DNA of 64,000 nucleotides from Candidatus Aminicenantes bacterium (GTDB lineage Bacteria > Acidobacteriota > Aminicenantia > Aminicenantales > Saccharicenantaceae): the NCBI GenBank assembly GCA_034679465.1, contig JAXDAV010000026.1, positions 64,239 through 128,238 of the forward strand, read 5' to 3'. Below the pieces are notes generated by a model. The model saw nothing but the letters and a program-made list of their open reading frames with translations, had not been told where the DNA came from and made no database searches. Positions 43,354 to 51,948 of the stretch are shown here, in pieces. Made by a program: the position numbers and the translations under genes. How positions within the stretch are numbered: position 1 is the stretch's first letter; every line of letters begins with the position of its first letter.

Positions 43354-44553
43354 ATGTCGAAAAATGGTTTCTGGTCAGTCCCAATCATCCTTCTATTGCA
43401 GCTTTGTGCGTGCGGTCCGAAGATAATGGTTGAAGAAGAGGCGGTATCGTCGTCGCCTGCTGCAATCCAAGCTCGTCCGCTTGATCGATCACAGTGGACT
43501 TGGGTAGACCGACAAGGGGGGATTCGTACGTATCAACAAACCCTTGACAAGCTCCAAAGAATTGTGAGCGATCATGGGGTATTAGGAATTTCCGTTGCTC
43601 TCAAACAGGGAAGAGACTGGAATTCGAATCCCCATGTGTTCTTTTTTGATTTGGGATTTGAGGATCTAAGGAACGAAAGGCAAATAAGCGCCAGGAAAGT
43701 CTTCCGGGCGGACAGATTAGGCCAGACGCTTATCGCTTATCTGGTCTTGAAGCTCGCAACCGAGGGGCAAATCGACATGGATCGGCCCCTATCCAAATAT
43801 GTGTCAAGATCTGCAGTCTATCATTCGGCTTATAAAGAAATTGCCGGCGACCGGAGATACCCGCAACTAACAGCACGACGGATCCTTAGCCATCAAAGCG
43901 GACTGTCCAATTCACTCCGTGATGATAATGTAAAGAGGCCCGTTTTTGTCAGCACGCCGGGAAAGGGTTATGTTTACTCAGATGAAGGATATCGTTTCCT
44001 TCAGTTCATCTTAGAGGAAATGTTAGGCAAGCCCTTCGACGAATTGGCCCAAACATATATATATGGTTCTTTTGGGATGAATCAGACGAGTTTCTCTAGA
44101 CCTGCTTATTCGGATGATTCGGATCCGGCCGCCTCATGGGCCTTCACAACAACCGCGTCGGATTTTACGAGGTTCATGTGGAGCGTAAGACTCGAAAATC
44201 CTTATTTATCGCGTGAAGCGTTCATGTCATATATTGTTTATCCAACTGTTTCGATCCACTCACCCTCAATAATGGAATCCGGCCCTTCAAAAGTTAAAAC
44301 AAATCTCCCTTCTAAGCTGGGCTGGTGTCTGGGTTGGGGAACCTACCAAATGCCGAGAGTCATACTCCGGGCATGTTCTTTCATGGGCCAGAAGGATCAA
44401 GGAATTGAGGCCTATGCGACGGTCTTTGAATCTCCGCATTCTACGGCTCTGACCATATTTGTGATCCCTTCATTGTCCAGATCCTTCATGCCCCAGATCC
44501 TACGGGGACTCCTCGGTGAAATGGAGAGTCCTTTATCCTGGCTCGGATTCTGA
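43354..44553 (+). CDS. Low-GC lipoprotein with a beta-lactamase fold but degenerate active site (predicted pseudoenzyme)
   Basis: Lipobox LLQLCAC. Family motifs retained (RRILSHQSGLS, YVYSDEGYRFLQFILEEMLGKPFDEL, LGWCLGWG). The SxxK position reads FRADRLGQTLIAYLVLKLATEGQ, so Ser is replaced by Arg and Lys by Gln. The gene is strikingly AT-rich compared with its flanks. Confidence 0.7.
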   Translation: MSKNGFWSVPIILLLQLCACGPKIMVEEEAVSSSPAAIQARPLDRSQWTWVDRQGGIRTYQQTLDKLQRIVSDHGVLGISVALKQGRDWNSNPHVFFFDLGFEDLRNERQISARKVFRADRLGQTLIAYLVLKLATEGQIDMDRPLSKYVSRSAVYHSAYKEIAGDRRYPQLTARRILSHQSGLSNSLRDDNVKRPVFVSTPGKGYVYSDEGYRFLQFILEEMLGKPFDELAQTYIYGSFGMNQTSFSRPAYSDDSDPAASWAFTTTASDFTRFMWSVRLENPYLSREAFMSYIVYPTVSIHSPSIMESGPSKVKTNLPSKLGWCLGWGTYQMPRVILRACSFMGQKDQGIEAYATVFESPHSTALTIFVIPSLSRSFMPQILRGLLGEMESPLSWLGF

Positions 44554-44628
44554 TCATGGCGCCAAAACCGCGCTGGGATCGCAGACGCATTCGGGCAGGC
44601 ATCTCCGAAGAAACAGCCGGCATTTGAC

Positions 44629-44657
44629 TTGACACGCCCTTGTCGAATATCTTTAGT
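44629..44657 (+). promoter_or_regulatory. Candidate sigma70 promoter of the GntR-family gene
   Basis: TTGACA (44629-44634), a 17-nt spacer, then TTTAGT (44652-44657). If real, it favours the downstream start ATG 44693 (MDRKP) over ATG 44675. Confidence 0.3.
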
Positions 44658-44674
44658 CGCGCGGCGCCCTCGGC

Positions 44675-45379
44675 ATGAAAGGACTTCGGACCATGGACCG
44701 CAAACCGATCCTCAACGTCAGGTCCCTCAAGGAACAGGTCTACGAATACCTGCGCGAGCAGATGCGGCGCGGCGGGATCCTGCCGGGCTCGGCCATCGAC
44801 ATGGAGGAAACGTCGAAGAAGCTCGGCGTCAGCAAGACCCCGCTCCGCGACGCCCTCCTCCAGCTCGAGATGGAGGAGTTCGTCACCATCCTGCCGCGGC
44901 GCATGGTCGTCGTCAACACCCTGAGCGAACAGGACATCCGGAGCTACTACGAGATCATCGGCGCCCTCGAGAGCATGGCCCTGCTCAAAGCCTTCGACCG
45001 GATGAAGACCTCCGACATCGACAACATGGCGGCCCTGAACGACGGCATGAAGAGGGCCCTCGGGGAGAGCGATTTCGACGCCTATTACGACCGGAACCTG
45101 GCCTTCCACAACACCTTCCTCAATCTCTGCGGCAACGCCAGCCTGGTCAAGATCGTCAACAATCTTAAGAAACGGCTGTACGATTTTCCCCGCCCCCGGG
45201 GCTTCGTCAAAGAATGGGAAGAGACCTCGGTCGGCGAGCACCAGGCGCTCATCGATCTCCTGCGCCAGGGCCGGAGCCTCGACGCGGCCAACCACATCCG
45301 GGACGTCCACTGGTCGTTCAAGGTCCAGGAGGCGTTCGTCCGCAAGTATTATCCGGGGATCTCCGGACCGGCGGGGTAG
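44675..45379 (+). CDS. GntR-family transcriptional regulator (FadR/FCD subfamily)
   Basis: wHTH region EQVYEYLREQMRRGGILPGSAIDMEETSKKLGVSKTPLRDALLQLEMEEF, followed by a helical FCD-like domain. Alternative start at 44693. Confidence 0.8.
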   Translation: MKGLRTMDRKPILNVRSLKEQVYEYLREQMRRGGILPGSAIDMEETSKKLGVSKTPLRDALLQLEMEEFVTILPRRMVVVNTLSEQDIRSYYEIIGALESMALLKAFDRMKTSDIDNMAALNDGMKRALGESDFDAYYDRNLAFHNTFLNLCGNASLVKIVNNLKKRLYDFPRPRGFVKEWEETSVGEHQALIDLLRQGRSLDAANHIRDVHWSFKVQEAFVRKYYPGISGPAG

Positions 45380-45389
45380 CCGGACGGAT

Positions 45390-45857
45390 ATGGTCCTCTT
45401 CGGCGGTCGGCTGAGCCCGCGGAAGCTCAAGGCCATGGTCGGCCGCGAGGTGGGCCTGTCCGACTGGTTCCCCGTCACTCAGGAGCGCATCGACGCCTTC
45501 GCCGCCGCCACCGGGGACCGCCAGTGGATCCACGTCGATCCCGAGCGGGCGGCCCGGGGCCCTCTCGGAGGGACGGTCGCGCACGGCTTCCTCCTGCTCT
45601 CGCTCGTCCCGGCCTTCAACCTCTCGAACGAAGTCTTCGCCGGCCGCTTCCGGATGGCCGTCAACTACGGCCTCGACCGCGTCCGCTTCCCCCATCCCGT
45701 CCGGGCCGGCGAGCGCGTCCGCAATCGGGCCGTCCTGAAAAAGATCGAGAAGCGGGGCTTCCGCCGGATCCTGGTCACGATCGAGAACACGCTGGAGGTC
45801 GAGGGGGCGGCCAAGCCGGCCATGGTCGCCGACCTGCTGGCCTTGATCTATCTCTGA
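45390..45857 (+). CDS. MaoC-like (R)-specific enoyl-CoA hydratase/dehydratase
   Basis: FAAATGDRQWIHVDPERAARGPLGGTVAHGFLLLSL is the hotdog hydratase-2 motif. The start could also be ATG 45435. Confidence 0.8.
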   Translation: MVLFGGRLSPRKLKAMVGREVGLSDWFPVTQERIDAFAAATGDRQWIHVDPERAARGPLGGTVAHGFLLLSLVPAFNLSNEVFAGRFRMAVNYGLDRVRFPHPVRAGERVRNRAVLKKIEKRGFRRILVTIENTLEVEGAAKPAMVADLLALIYL

Positions 45858-45993
45858 TCCTCCTCCCCAAGGCCGCACGGGGGGCGTCCGCCGGGGCGCG
45901 CGCGGGCCCGGTCCGATTCGACATTCCCGGCCGGCCGGCCGACTAAAAATGAGATATCAGGGCCCGAGCCCATCTCGTTCGAAAGGAGTCCCC

Positions 45994-46572
45994 ATGAAAA
46001 GAACCTGGACCCTCCTTATCATCGGCGCCTTCGCCGCCCTGCTCGTCCTGCCGCGGCCGGCGGCCGCCGGCGTGAGGTTCGGCCTCAAGGGCGGGGCCAA
46101 CATCGCCAACGTCAACGGCAACTGGGACGAAGCCCTGGGCGAATGGAAGAGCACGGTCGGCTTCTGCGCGGGCGTTTTCATCGAGCTCAACCTCGGCCGG
46201 ATCCTGACCATCCAGCCCGAAGCCCTTTATACGGTGAAAGGGGCCGACGCGGGGGAGGGGAAGCTCAAGTTCGACTACATCGAGATCCCGGTCCTGCTCA
46301 AGCTCCGGATCCCCACCGGCCCCCTCCATCCCTTCGTTTTCGCCGGCCCGGCTTTCGGCTTCAACCTGAAGGCCGTTCTGGACGGCATCGAGATCGACGA
46401 CATGCCGAGGGCCGATTACGGCGCCGTTTTCGGCGGCGGCCTCCAGCTCGGCCGCTCGATCCACCTCGACGTTCGGTACACGATGGGACTGCAGAAGCTC
46501 GCGATCCCGGACCTCGACACGATCGACCTGAAGAACGGCGTTCTTTCGGCGACGCTCGGACTGGCTTTCTGA
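45994..46572 (+). CDS. Small outer-membrane beta-barrel protein (OMP_b-brl_2/porin-family)
   Basis: ATG 45994 with AAAGGAG RBS and a signal peptide. Alternating-hydrophobic strands (GVRFGLKGGANIANV, GFCAGVFIELNLG, YGAVFGGGLQL). C-terminal ...ATLGLAF. Confidence 0.75.
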   Translation: MKRTWTLLIIGAFAALLVLPRPAAAGVRFGLKGGANIANVNGNWDEALGEWKSTVGFCAGVFIELNLGRILTIQPEALYTVKGADAGEGKLKFDYIEIPVLLKLRIPTGPLHPFVFAGPAFGFNLKAVLDGIEIDDMPRADYGAVFGGGLQLGRSIHLDVRYTMGLQKLAIPDLDTIDLKNGVLSATLGLAF

Positions 46573-46597
46573 GCGCCGGAGGCGGGAGCCCCGACGG

Positions 46598-47725
46598 TCA
46601 GGGCGTGCGGCCGGACGTCCCCAATCCGGTCCAGGCGGGGCGCCCCGGCCGGAGAGGGGGCCCGGCCGGTCCGGGATCGGATCGGACGGACACCGAGACC
46701 GCCCCGCCGCCCGCGAGGAGATCGGCCTGCTCAAAGGACGAGACCGACAGGACCTCGTGCTCCCGGCCCAGGCAGGACAGGACTCCCATGAACGGCTCGA
46801 GCGGCCCCGACGCGGGGATGTCCACGACCGTGTAGTGCTTCTTCTTGGTGAACAGGGGATCCTTGACCGTGGGCTCGAGGAAATTCCTCTGGCCGCCGCC
46901 TCCGGTGATGATCATGAGGACGCCGTCATGGACCGTCGAGGCGTGAATGTGCCTGTGGCCGAAGGCGGCCAGGACGACCTTATGGCGGGCGAGAAGGCCC
47001 AGGAACTCCTTTTCGTTCTCGAGCTCCGGGGTGAACAGGGACGCCGGGCCCGGACTGATCTTCCTGAACGGGGCCCTCGGCGGGACGTGGGCGAAAAAGA
47101 ACTTCCGCGGCGGCGCGGGCGCCTTCAGCTGGTCCTCGAGCCAGGCGAGCTGTTCGCGGCTGAAGCCGGACGGCTCGCTCCGGAGCCCGTCCCGGGGGAC
47201 GTTGCTCATGAACACGAAGCGCATGTCGCCCCGGTCGAAAGAGAAGTCCTTGGCGCCGAAGAAGGCCCTGGAGATCCGCTCGCCCTCTTCCCGGATGTCA
47301 TGATTCCCGTCGACGTGGAGGATGGGGCAGGGAGGATCGCTGATGACCTTCAGGTAGGCGCCGTAGTAGTCGACGACCGGCTTGACGACCCGGTCGCCCA
47401 GGTGGACGATGAACGACGGCCGCGGCTCGAGGGCGGCGATCTCGCCGAGGAAGCCCTTGAAGGTCTCGTTGCGGTCGGAAACCGTGTCGCCGATGACGAC
47501 GAACCTCAAATCCCGCCCCTTCTCGACAGCCCCGATCGAGCGCACGGCCTCGTCGTTGGTCGGGACGACGCCCCGGAGCTCCGGGGGGACGGCCTGCAGA
47601 TCGGCGTCTTCCCGGAACCGGGACAGATCATATCCGCCGTCTTCGAGGGAGTACCGGCAGCGGCCCGTCAGCAGGGCTAGAATCAGTGCCATCAATAAAG
47701 CTCTCTTTCGTGACATCGCTCTCAT
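46598..47725 (-). CDS. Exported calcineurin-like metallophosphoesterase
   Basis: Signal/lipobox-like ALLMALILALLTGRC. MPE motifs FVVIGDTVSD, VHLGDRV, VDGNHD, FAHVPP, AFGHRHIH. The start is 47725 or 47716. Confidence 0.75.
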   Translation of the reverse strand: MRAMSRKRALLMALILALLTGRCRYSLEDGGYDLSRFREDADLQAVPPELRGVVPTNDEAVRSIGAVEKGRDLRFVVIGDTVSDRNETFKGFLGEIAALEPRPSFIVHLGDRVVKPVVDYYGAYLKVISDPPCPILHVDGNHDIREEGERISRAFFGAKDFSFDRGDMRFVFMSNVPRDGLRSEPSGFSREQLAWLEDQLKAPAPPRKFFFAHVPPRAPFRKISPGPASLFTPELENEKEFLGLLARHKVVLAAFGHRHIHASTVHDGVLMIITGGGGQRNFLEPTVKDPLFTKKKHYTVVDIPASGPLEPFMGVLSCLGREHEVLSVSSFEQADLLAGGGAVSVSVRSDPGPAGPPLRPGRPAWTGLGTSGRTP

Positions 47726-47807
47726 TCATCGACCTGATTTCATCAGCTTCCATTATAGCGGATGCCTCAAACCGGCTCCCCGCGGGGTCCCCGGCCGGCC
47801 CCCCCGT

Positions 47808-47836
47808 TTGCCCCGCGGCCGCCCGTCCGCTATATT
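47808..47836 (+). promoter_or_regulatory. Candidate sigma70 promoter of the CYTH/porin/phosphate gene string
   Basis: TTGCCC (47808-47813), a 17-nt spacer, then TATATT (47831-47836). Lies 36 nt upstream of ATG 47872. Confidence 0.4.
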
Positions 47837-47871
47837 AGTTATCAGACTGAGTTGTCAGGGGAGGAAGGCCC

Positions 47872-48459
47872 ATGTCGACGATCATCGCGCGCTGGGAGTG
47901 GCGGACGTTCGGCCGGACGTTCGGCGAGGCCGAGGCCCGGATCAAGGCCTTCCCCCCGGACCAGGTCCGGAAGAGCGCGGAGGTCTATGTCCTCTCCAGG
48001 CCGAGCCCGGACAACACCAAGGTCCGCGACGGGCTGCTGGACATCAAGACCCTGCGGCAGGTCAACGGCGACGGGCTGGAGCAGTGGTTCCCGGTCATGA
48101 AGGCCGGCTTCCCGCTCGCCCCGCCGGTCCTGGACGAGATCTTCCGGGCCTGGAAAACGCCTCTCCCGGAGCTCCGGCGGGAGGCCTACGGCTGCGACGA
48201 GCTCCTCCGCGAGCTCGTGGCCCCGAACCCCGACCTCAAGACGGTCGCGGTGAACAAGGAGCGCCACGGGTTCACGATCAACGGCTGTATCGTCGAGATC
48301 GCCGACCTGACCTTCGACGGCCGGCCCACCCGCACCGTGGCCGTCGAGATGGCGGACCCGGCCGAGGTCATCCGGACCGTGCGCGAGCTCGGGCTGGCGG
48401 GTTTCGAGAACGTCAATTACCTCAAGGCGCTGAAGCGCTTTGCGGGGATGACACCATAA
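47872..48459 (+). CDS. Divergent CYTH-like (triphosphate tunnel) domain protein
   Basis: GGGGAGGAAGG RBS. CYTH-like strand pattern: ARWEWRTF (in place of EIERKF), KVRDGLLDIKTL, VAVNKERHGFTINGCIVEIADLTF, RTVAVEMAD. The canonical ExExK motif is not intact. Confidence 0.55.
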   Translation: MSTIIARWEWRTFGRTFGEAEARIKAFPPDQVRKSAEVYVLSRPSPDNTKVRDGLLDIKTLRQVNGDGLEQWFPVMKAGFPLAPPVLDEIFRAWKTPLPELRREAYGCDELLRELVAPNPDLKTVAVNKERHGFTINGCIVEIADLTFDGRPTRTVAVEMADPAEVIRTVRELGLAGFENVNYLKALKRFAGMTP

Positions 48460-48478
48460 CATTCACTGGGAGGTTGGC

Positions 48479-49690
48479 ATGAAAAAGTTCGTTATCCTGA
48501 GCCTGCTCGTCCTGTGCGGGGTCTACTCCGTCGCGGCCCAGGAGGCCGTGACGAAGCCCCTGACCGGCCTGAGCGAAGACGGGCTTCTCCTGCTGAGGTC
48601 CGAGGACGACAAGTTCCAGCTGATGCTCGACGGCCGGATCCATCTGGGCGCCGCCCTGTACTCCGGCAGCGAGACCCCGCTGGGCAACGGGATGGAGGTC
48701 CGCCGCGGCCGGCTCGGCCTCAAGCCCCGGTGGGGCAACTGGGAGGCCCAGTTCGACATCGACTTCGCCGGCAACGAAGTCGACATCAAGGACATGTGGG
48801 TCGGTTACCGGGGCTTCAAGAACACGCAGATCACCCTAGGCAACCACAAGAGCCAGTTCAGCGTCGAGGAGGTGACCTCGTCCCGCTTCGTCACCTTCAT
48901 GGAACGGGGCCTGCCCAACGCCTTCGCCCCCGACCGCCGCCTGGGGTTCAGCGTCGCCCACTGGGGCAAGAACTGGCGGGCGTTCGCCGGGGTCTTCGGC
49001 GAGGAAGCCGGCCAGCTCGACGAGACCGGCGAGAACGAGGCCCTCAACTTCAACCTGCGCCTGAGCTACCTGCCCGTCCTCAGGGACAACGCGTTCGTCC
49101 ATGTCGGCGGCTCCTTCGGCCACTCCACCCCGTTCGCCAACGACGAGGGACGGGTGAGGTTCCGGGCCCGGCCCGAGACCCACGTCGCGGACAACCGCTT
49201 TCTCCACACCGGCTGGATCGACGCGGACAGCTGGGACCTCTACGGCCTCGAGCTGGCCGCCGCGGCCGGCCCGGTCCTGGTCCAGGGCGAGTACATGGCG
49301 ACGAGCGTCAAGCAGCCCGAATCCCTGCCCCGGGCCAAGTTTGACGGCTATTACGCCTTCGCCAGCTGGATGATCACCGGCGAGAAGCGGCCCTACAACA
49401 TCGAGGAAGGGGAGCCCGCCGGCCGCATCTATCCCAACAAGAAGTCCCTGGGCGCCTTCGAGCTCGCCGTCCGTCTCAGCAACCTGAACCTCAACGACAC
49501 GGGGGCGGAGATCCTGGGCGGCAAGGGGACCAACGTCACTCTGGGCCTGAACTGGCACCCCTATCCCAATCTCAAGTTCCTCATCAACTACGTCTGGGTC
49601 AACCACGACGCCTTCGCCACCGGCGACGGCGATTACGCCGGCAACGACGATTTCCGGATTCTGCAGGGCGGCTTTTACTTCTCGTTCTAG
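48479..49690 (+). CDS. Phosphate-selective porin O/P family (OprO/OprP-like)
   Basis: Signal peptide MKKFVILSLLVLCGVYSVAAQE. Family features FQLMLDGRIHLGAA, EVRRGRLGLKPRWGNWEAQFDIDFAGN, ITLGNHKSQFSVEE, GLNWHPYPNLKFLINYV. C-terminal ...GGFYFSF. Confidence 0.8.
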   Translation: MKKFVILSLLVLCGVYSVAAQEAVTKPLTGLSEDGLLLLRSEDDKFQLMLDGRIHLGAALYSGSETPLGNGMEVRRGRLGLKPRWGNWEAQFDIDFAGNEVDIKDMWVGYRGFKNTQITLGNHKSQFSVEEVTSSRFVTFMERGLPNAFAPDRRLGFSVAHWGKNWRAFAGVFGEEAGQLDETGENEALNFNLRLSYLPVLRDNAFVHVGGSFGHSTPFANDEGRVRFRARPETHVADNRFLHTGWIDADSWDLYGLELAAAAGPVLVQGEYMATSVKQPESLPRAKFDGYYAFASWMITGEKRPYNIEEGEPAGRIYPNKKSLGAFELAVRLSNLNLNDTGAEILGGKGTNVTLGLNWHPYPNLKFLINYVWVNHDAFATGDGDYAGNDDFRILQGGFYFSF

Positions 49691-49719
49691 CCCCCGCGAT
49701 CCCATCCAAGGAGGGGGCC

Positions 49720-50184
49720 ATGGGCCAAGAGATCGAGCGCAAGTTCCTGGTCAAGGGCGAGGCCTGGAAGGCCGGGGCCCGGGGGGCCGTCTATCGGCAG
49801 GGCTATCTCTCCTCGATAAAGGAGCGGGTCGTTCGCGTCCGCGCCGTCGAGGACAAGGGCTTCCTGACGGTCAAGGGGATCACCCGGGGCGTGTCCCGCG
49901 CCGAGTTCGAGTACCAGATCCCCGTCGAGGACGCCGTCCTCATGCTCGACCACATCTGCGAGAAGCCGCTCATCGAGAAGAAGCGCTACAAGGTCCCGGG
50001 CGGCGGCCTGGTCTTCGAGGTCGACGAGTTCTTCGGCGAGAACGCGGGGCTGGTGGTGGCCGAGGTCGAGCTCGCGGACGAGACGCAGAAGATCGAGCTC
50101 CCCGACTGGATCGGCGCCGAGGTCTCCGGGGACCCCCGCTATTTCAATTCCAACTTGATCCGGCATCCCTACACGAAGTGGTGA
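49720..50184 (+). CDS. CYTH-domain protein, NeuTTM-like inorganic triphosphatase
   Basis: GQEIERKFLV (ExExK), YRQGYL, VRVRA...FLTVKG, SRAEFEYQI, IEKKRYKV, FEVDEFFGENAGLVVAEVEL, DPRYFNSNL. Near-colinear with the 150-aa Nitrosomonas NeuTTM type. Confidence 0.85.
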   Translation: MGQEIERKFLVKGEAWKAGARGAVYRQGYLSSIKERVVRVRAVEDKGFLTVKGITRGVSRAEFEYQIPVEDAVLMLDHICEKPLIEKKRYKVPGGGLVFEVDEFFGENAGLVVAEVELADETQKIELPDWIGAEVSGDPRYFNSNLIRHPYTKW

Positions 50185-50230
50185 GACGCGGCCGGCGGGG
50201 GAGGACCCGCCCGGCCGACGGGAGGAGCCC

Positions 50231-50878
50231 ATGAGCCTCATTTCCCTCAGGAAGTCGAAGGTCCTGGAAGGGCAGATCGACGAGCTCCTGGACACGATCA
50301 GCCGGGGCTCGCTCGTCTTCCGCAACGGCATCAAGGAATACCTGGACGGCGAGATCGGCCGCTTCGAGGCCGCGATCGCCGAGCTGACCGGGATGGAGAG
50401 CCACGCCGACGAGCTCCGGCGCACGATCGAGAGCCGGCTCTATCTCCACTCCCTGATCCCGGAGATGCGGGGCGACGTCCTGGGCCTGCTCGAGAGCATG
50501 GACACCGTGATCAACTCCGAGAAAAAGACGCTGCTTCAGTTCTCGGTCGAGATGCCCGACATCCCGGCCGAATTCTGCCCGGACTTCCTGACCCTGGCCG
50601 AGGGGAGCCGCAGCGCCGCCGAGGAGATGGTGACGGCGGTCCGCGCCTTCTTCCACGACTTCAACATGGTCAAGAACTACCTGCACAAGGTCTACTTCTA
50701 CGAGAAGGAGGCGGACAAGATCAGCGACCGGCTCAAGCGCCGGATCTTCGCCTCCGGGCTGGACCTGAGCCACAAGATCCATCTGCGCTATTTCGCCCTG
50801 CACATCGAGAACATCTCGGACTACGCCGAGGACGTCGCCGATCGCCTGTCGATCAGCAGCATCAAGCGGAGCGACTGA
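50231..50878 (+). CDS. DUF47-family (PhoU-related, TIGR00153-type) phosphate-transport accessory protein
   Basis: 215-aa helical protein. Motifs ESHADELRRTIESRLY and YFYEKEADKISDRLKRRIF...ENISDYAEDVADRL. Immediately precedes a PiT transporter, the canonical pairing. Confidence 0.8.
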   Translation: MSLISLRKSKVLEGQIDELLDTISRGSLVFRNGIKEYLDGEIGRFEAAIAELTGMESHADELRRTIESRLYLHSLIPEMRGDVLGLLESMDTVINSEKKTLLQFSVEMPDIPAEFCPDFLTLAEGSRSAAEEMVTAVRAFFHDFNMVKNYLHKVYFYEKEADKISDRLKRRIFASGLDLSHKIHLRYFALHIENISDYAEDVADRLSISSIKRSD

Positions 50879-50891
50879 GCCCGGACGGGAC

Positions 50892-51938
50892 ATGATCTAC
50901 CTCTATCTGCTCAGCGGCGTCTTCCTGGGCTGGTCGCTGGGCGCCAACGACGCCTCCAACGTGATCGGGACCGCGGTCGCCACCCGGATGCTCCGCTTCA
51001 GGACCGCGGCCGTCCTCTGCGGCCTGTTCGTCATCCTGGGGGCGGTCCACGGCGGGGCCGGGACCACCGAGACGCTCGGCCGGCTCGGCGCCGTGAACGC
51101 CCCGGCCGGCGCCTTCATGGTCACCCTGGCCGCGGCGCTGACCGTCTTCTGGATGACCCGCCTCGAGCTGCCCGTGTCCACGACCCAGGCCATCATCGGC
51201 TCGATCCTGGGCTGGAACCTGTTCGCCCATTCGGCCACGGACGCCGGTTCCCTGGGCCGGATCGTCTCCAGCTGGGCGGCCTCCATCGCCCTGAGCGCGG
51301 CCCTGGCGGCCGCCCTCTACGCCCTGGTCCGGGCCGTGATGAGGAGGCGGCGCGTCCGCCTGCTCGACCTCGACGCCAGGACGCGCCTCGGCCTGATCCT
51401 GGTCGGCGCCTTCGGGGCCTACAGCCTGGGCGCGAACAACATCGCCAACGTCATGGGCGTCTTCGTCCCCGTTTCGCCCTTCCACGACGTCGAGATCGCC
51501 GGGCTGTTCACGCTGACCGGGACCCAGATCCTCTTTCTGACGGGCGGCCTGGCCATCGCCGCGGGCGTCCTGACCTATTCGCGCCAGGTCATCCGGAAGG
51601 TCGGCAACGATCTCCTGAAGCTCTCGCCGCTGGCCGGCCTGATCGTCGTTCTGGCCGCGTCGATCACGCTGTTCCTCTTTTCGTCCCAAGGGCTCGAGGC
51701 CTGGCTGAGGGCGCGCGGCCTGCCGTCCTTCCCTCTCGTCCCCATCTCGAGCTCGCACGCGATCGTCGGCGGCATCGTCGGCATCGCCGCCGTCAAGCGG
51801 GGCCGGAACATCCGCTTCCGGGTGCTGGGCGAGATCGTGCTCGGCTGGCTGGCCACGCCGATCCTGGCCGGGATGATCACGTTCTTCGGCCTGTTCATCC
51901 TGCAGAATGTCTTCAGCCAGGAAGTCTTCCACCCGTAA
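50892..51938 (+). CDS. PiT-family inorganic phosphate transporter
   Basis: Duplicated PHO4 signature: N-terminal GWSLGANDASNVIGTAV and second repeat YSLGANNIANVMGVFV. Multi-TM. Confidence 0.9.
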   Translation: MIYLYLLSGVFLGWSLGANDASNVIGTAVATRMLRFRTAAVLCGLFVILGAVHGGAGTTETLGRLGAVNAPAGAFMVTLAAALTVFWMTRLELPVSTTQAIIGSILGWNLFAHSATDAGSLGRIVSSWAASIALSAALAAALYALVRAVMRRRRVRLLDLDARTRLGLILVGAFGAYSLGANNIANVMGVFVPVSPFHDVEIAGLFTLTGTQILFLTGGLAIAAGVLTYSRQVIRKVGNDLLKLSPLAGLIVVLAASITLFLFSSQGLEAWLRARGLPSFPLVPISSSHAIVGGIVGIAAVKRGRNIRFRVLGEIVLGWLATPILAGMITFFGLFILQNVFSQEVFHP

Positions 51939-51948
51939 GGAGACCGCC

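Noticed and set aside
43273-44674. Possibility that the low-GC gene is part of a mobile element or prophage.
   Set aside because: I found no integrase, transposase, flanking direct or inverted repeats, or adjacent tRNA. Only short hairpins (GAGTCG...CGACTC, GACTCAtagaTGAGTC) lie upstream. It is kept as a compositional islet finding, not as a mobile_element feature.
47726-47871. Pho box (PhoB-binding direct repeats CTGTCAT-N4-CTGTCAT) upstream of the phosphate locus.
   Set aside because: Only isolated TGTCAG/ATCAG fragments and a small palindrome (CTGATttcATCAG) are present. There are no 11-bp-phased Pho-box repeats, so no such feature is reported.
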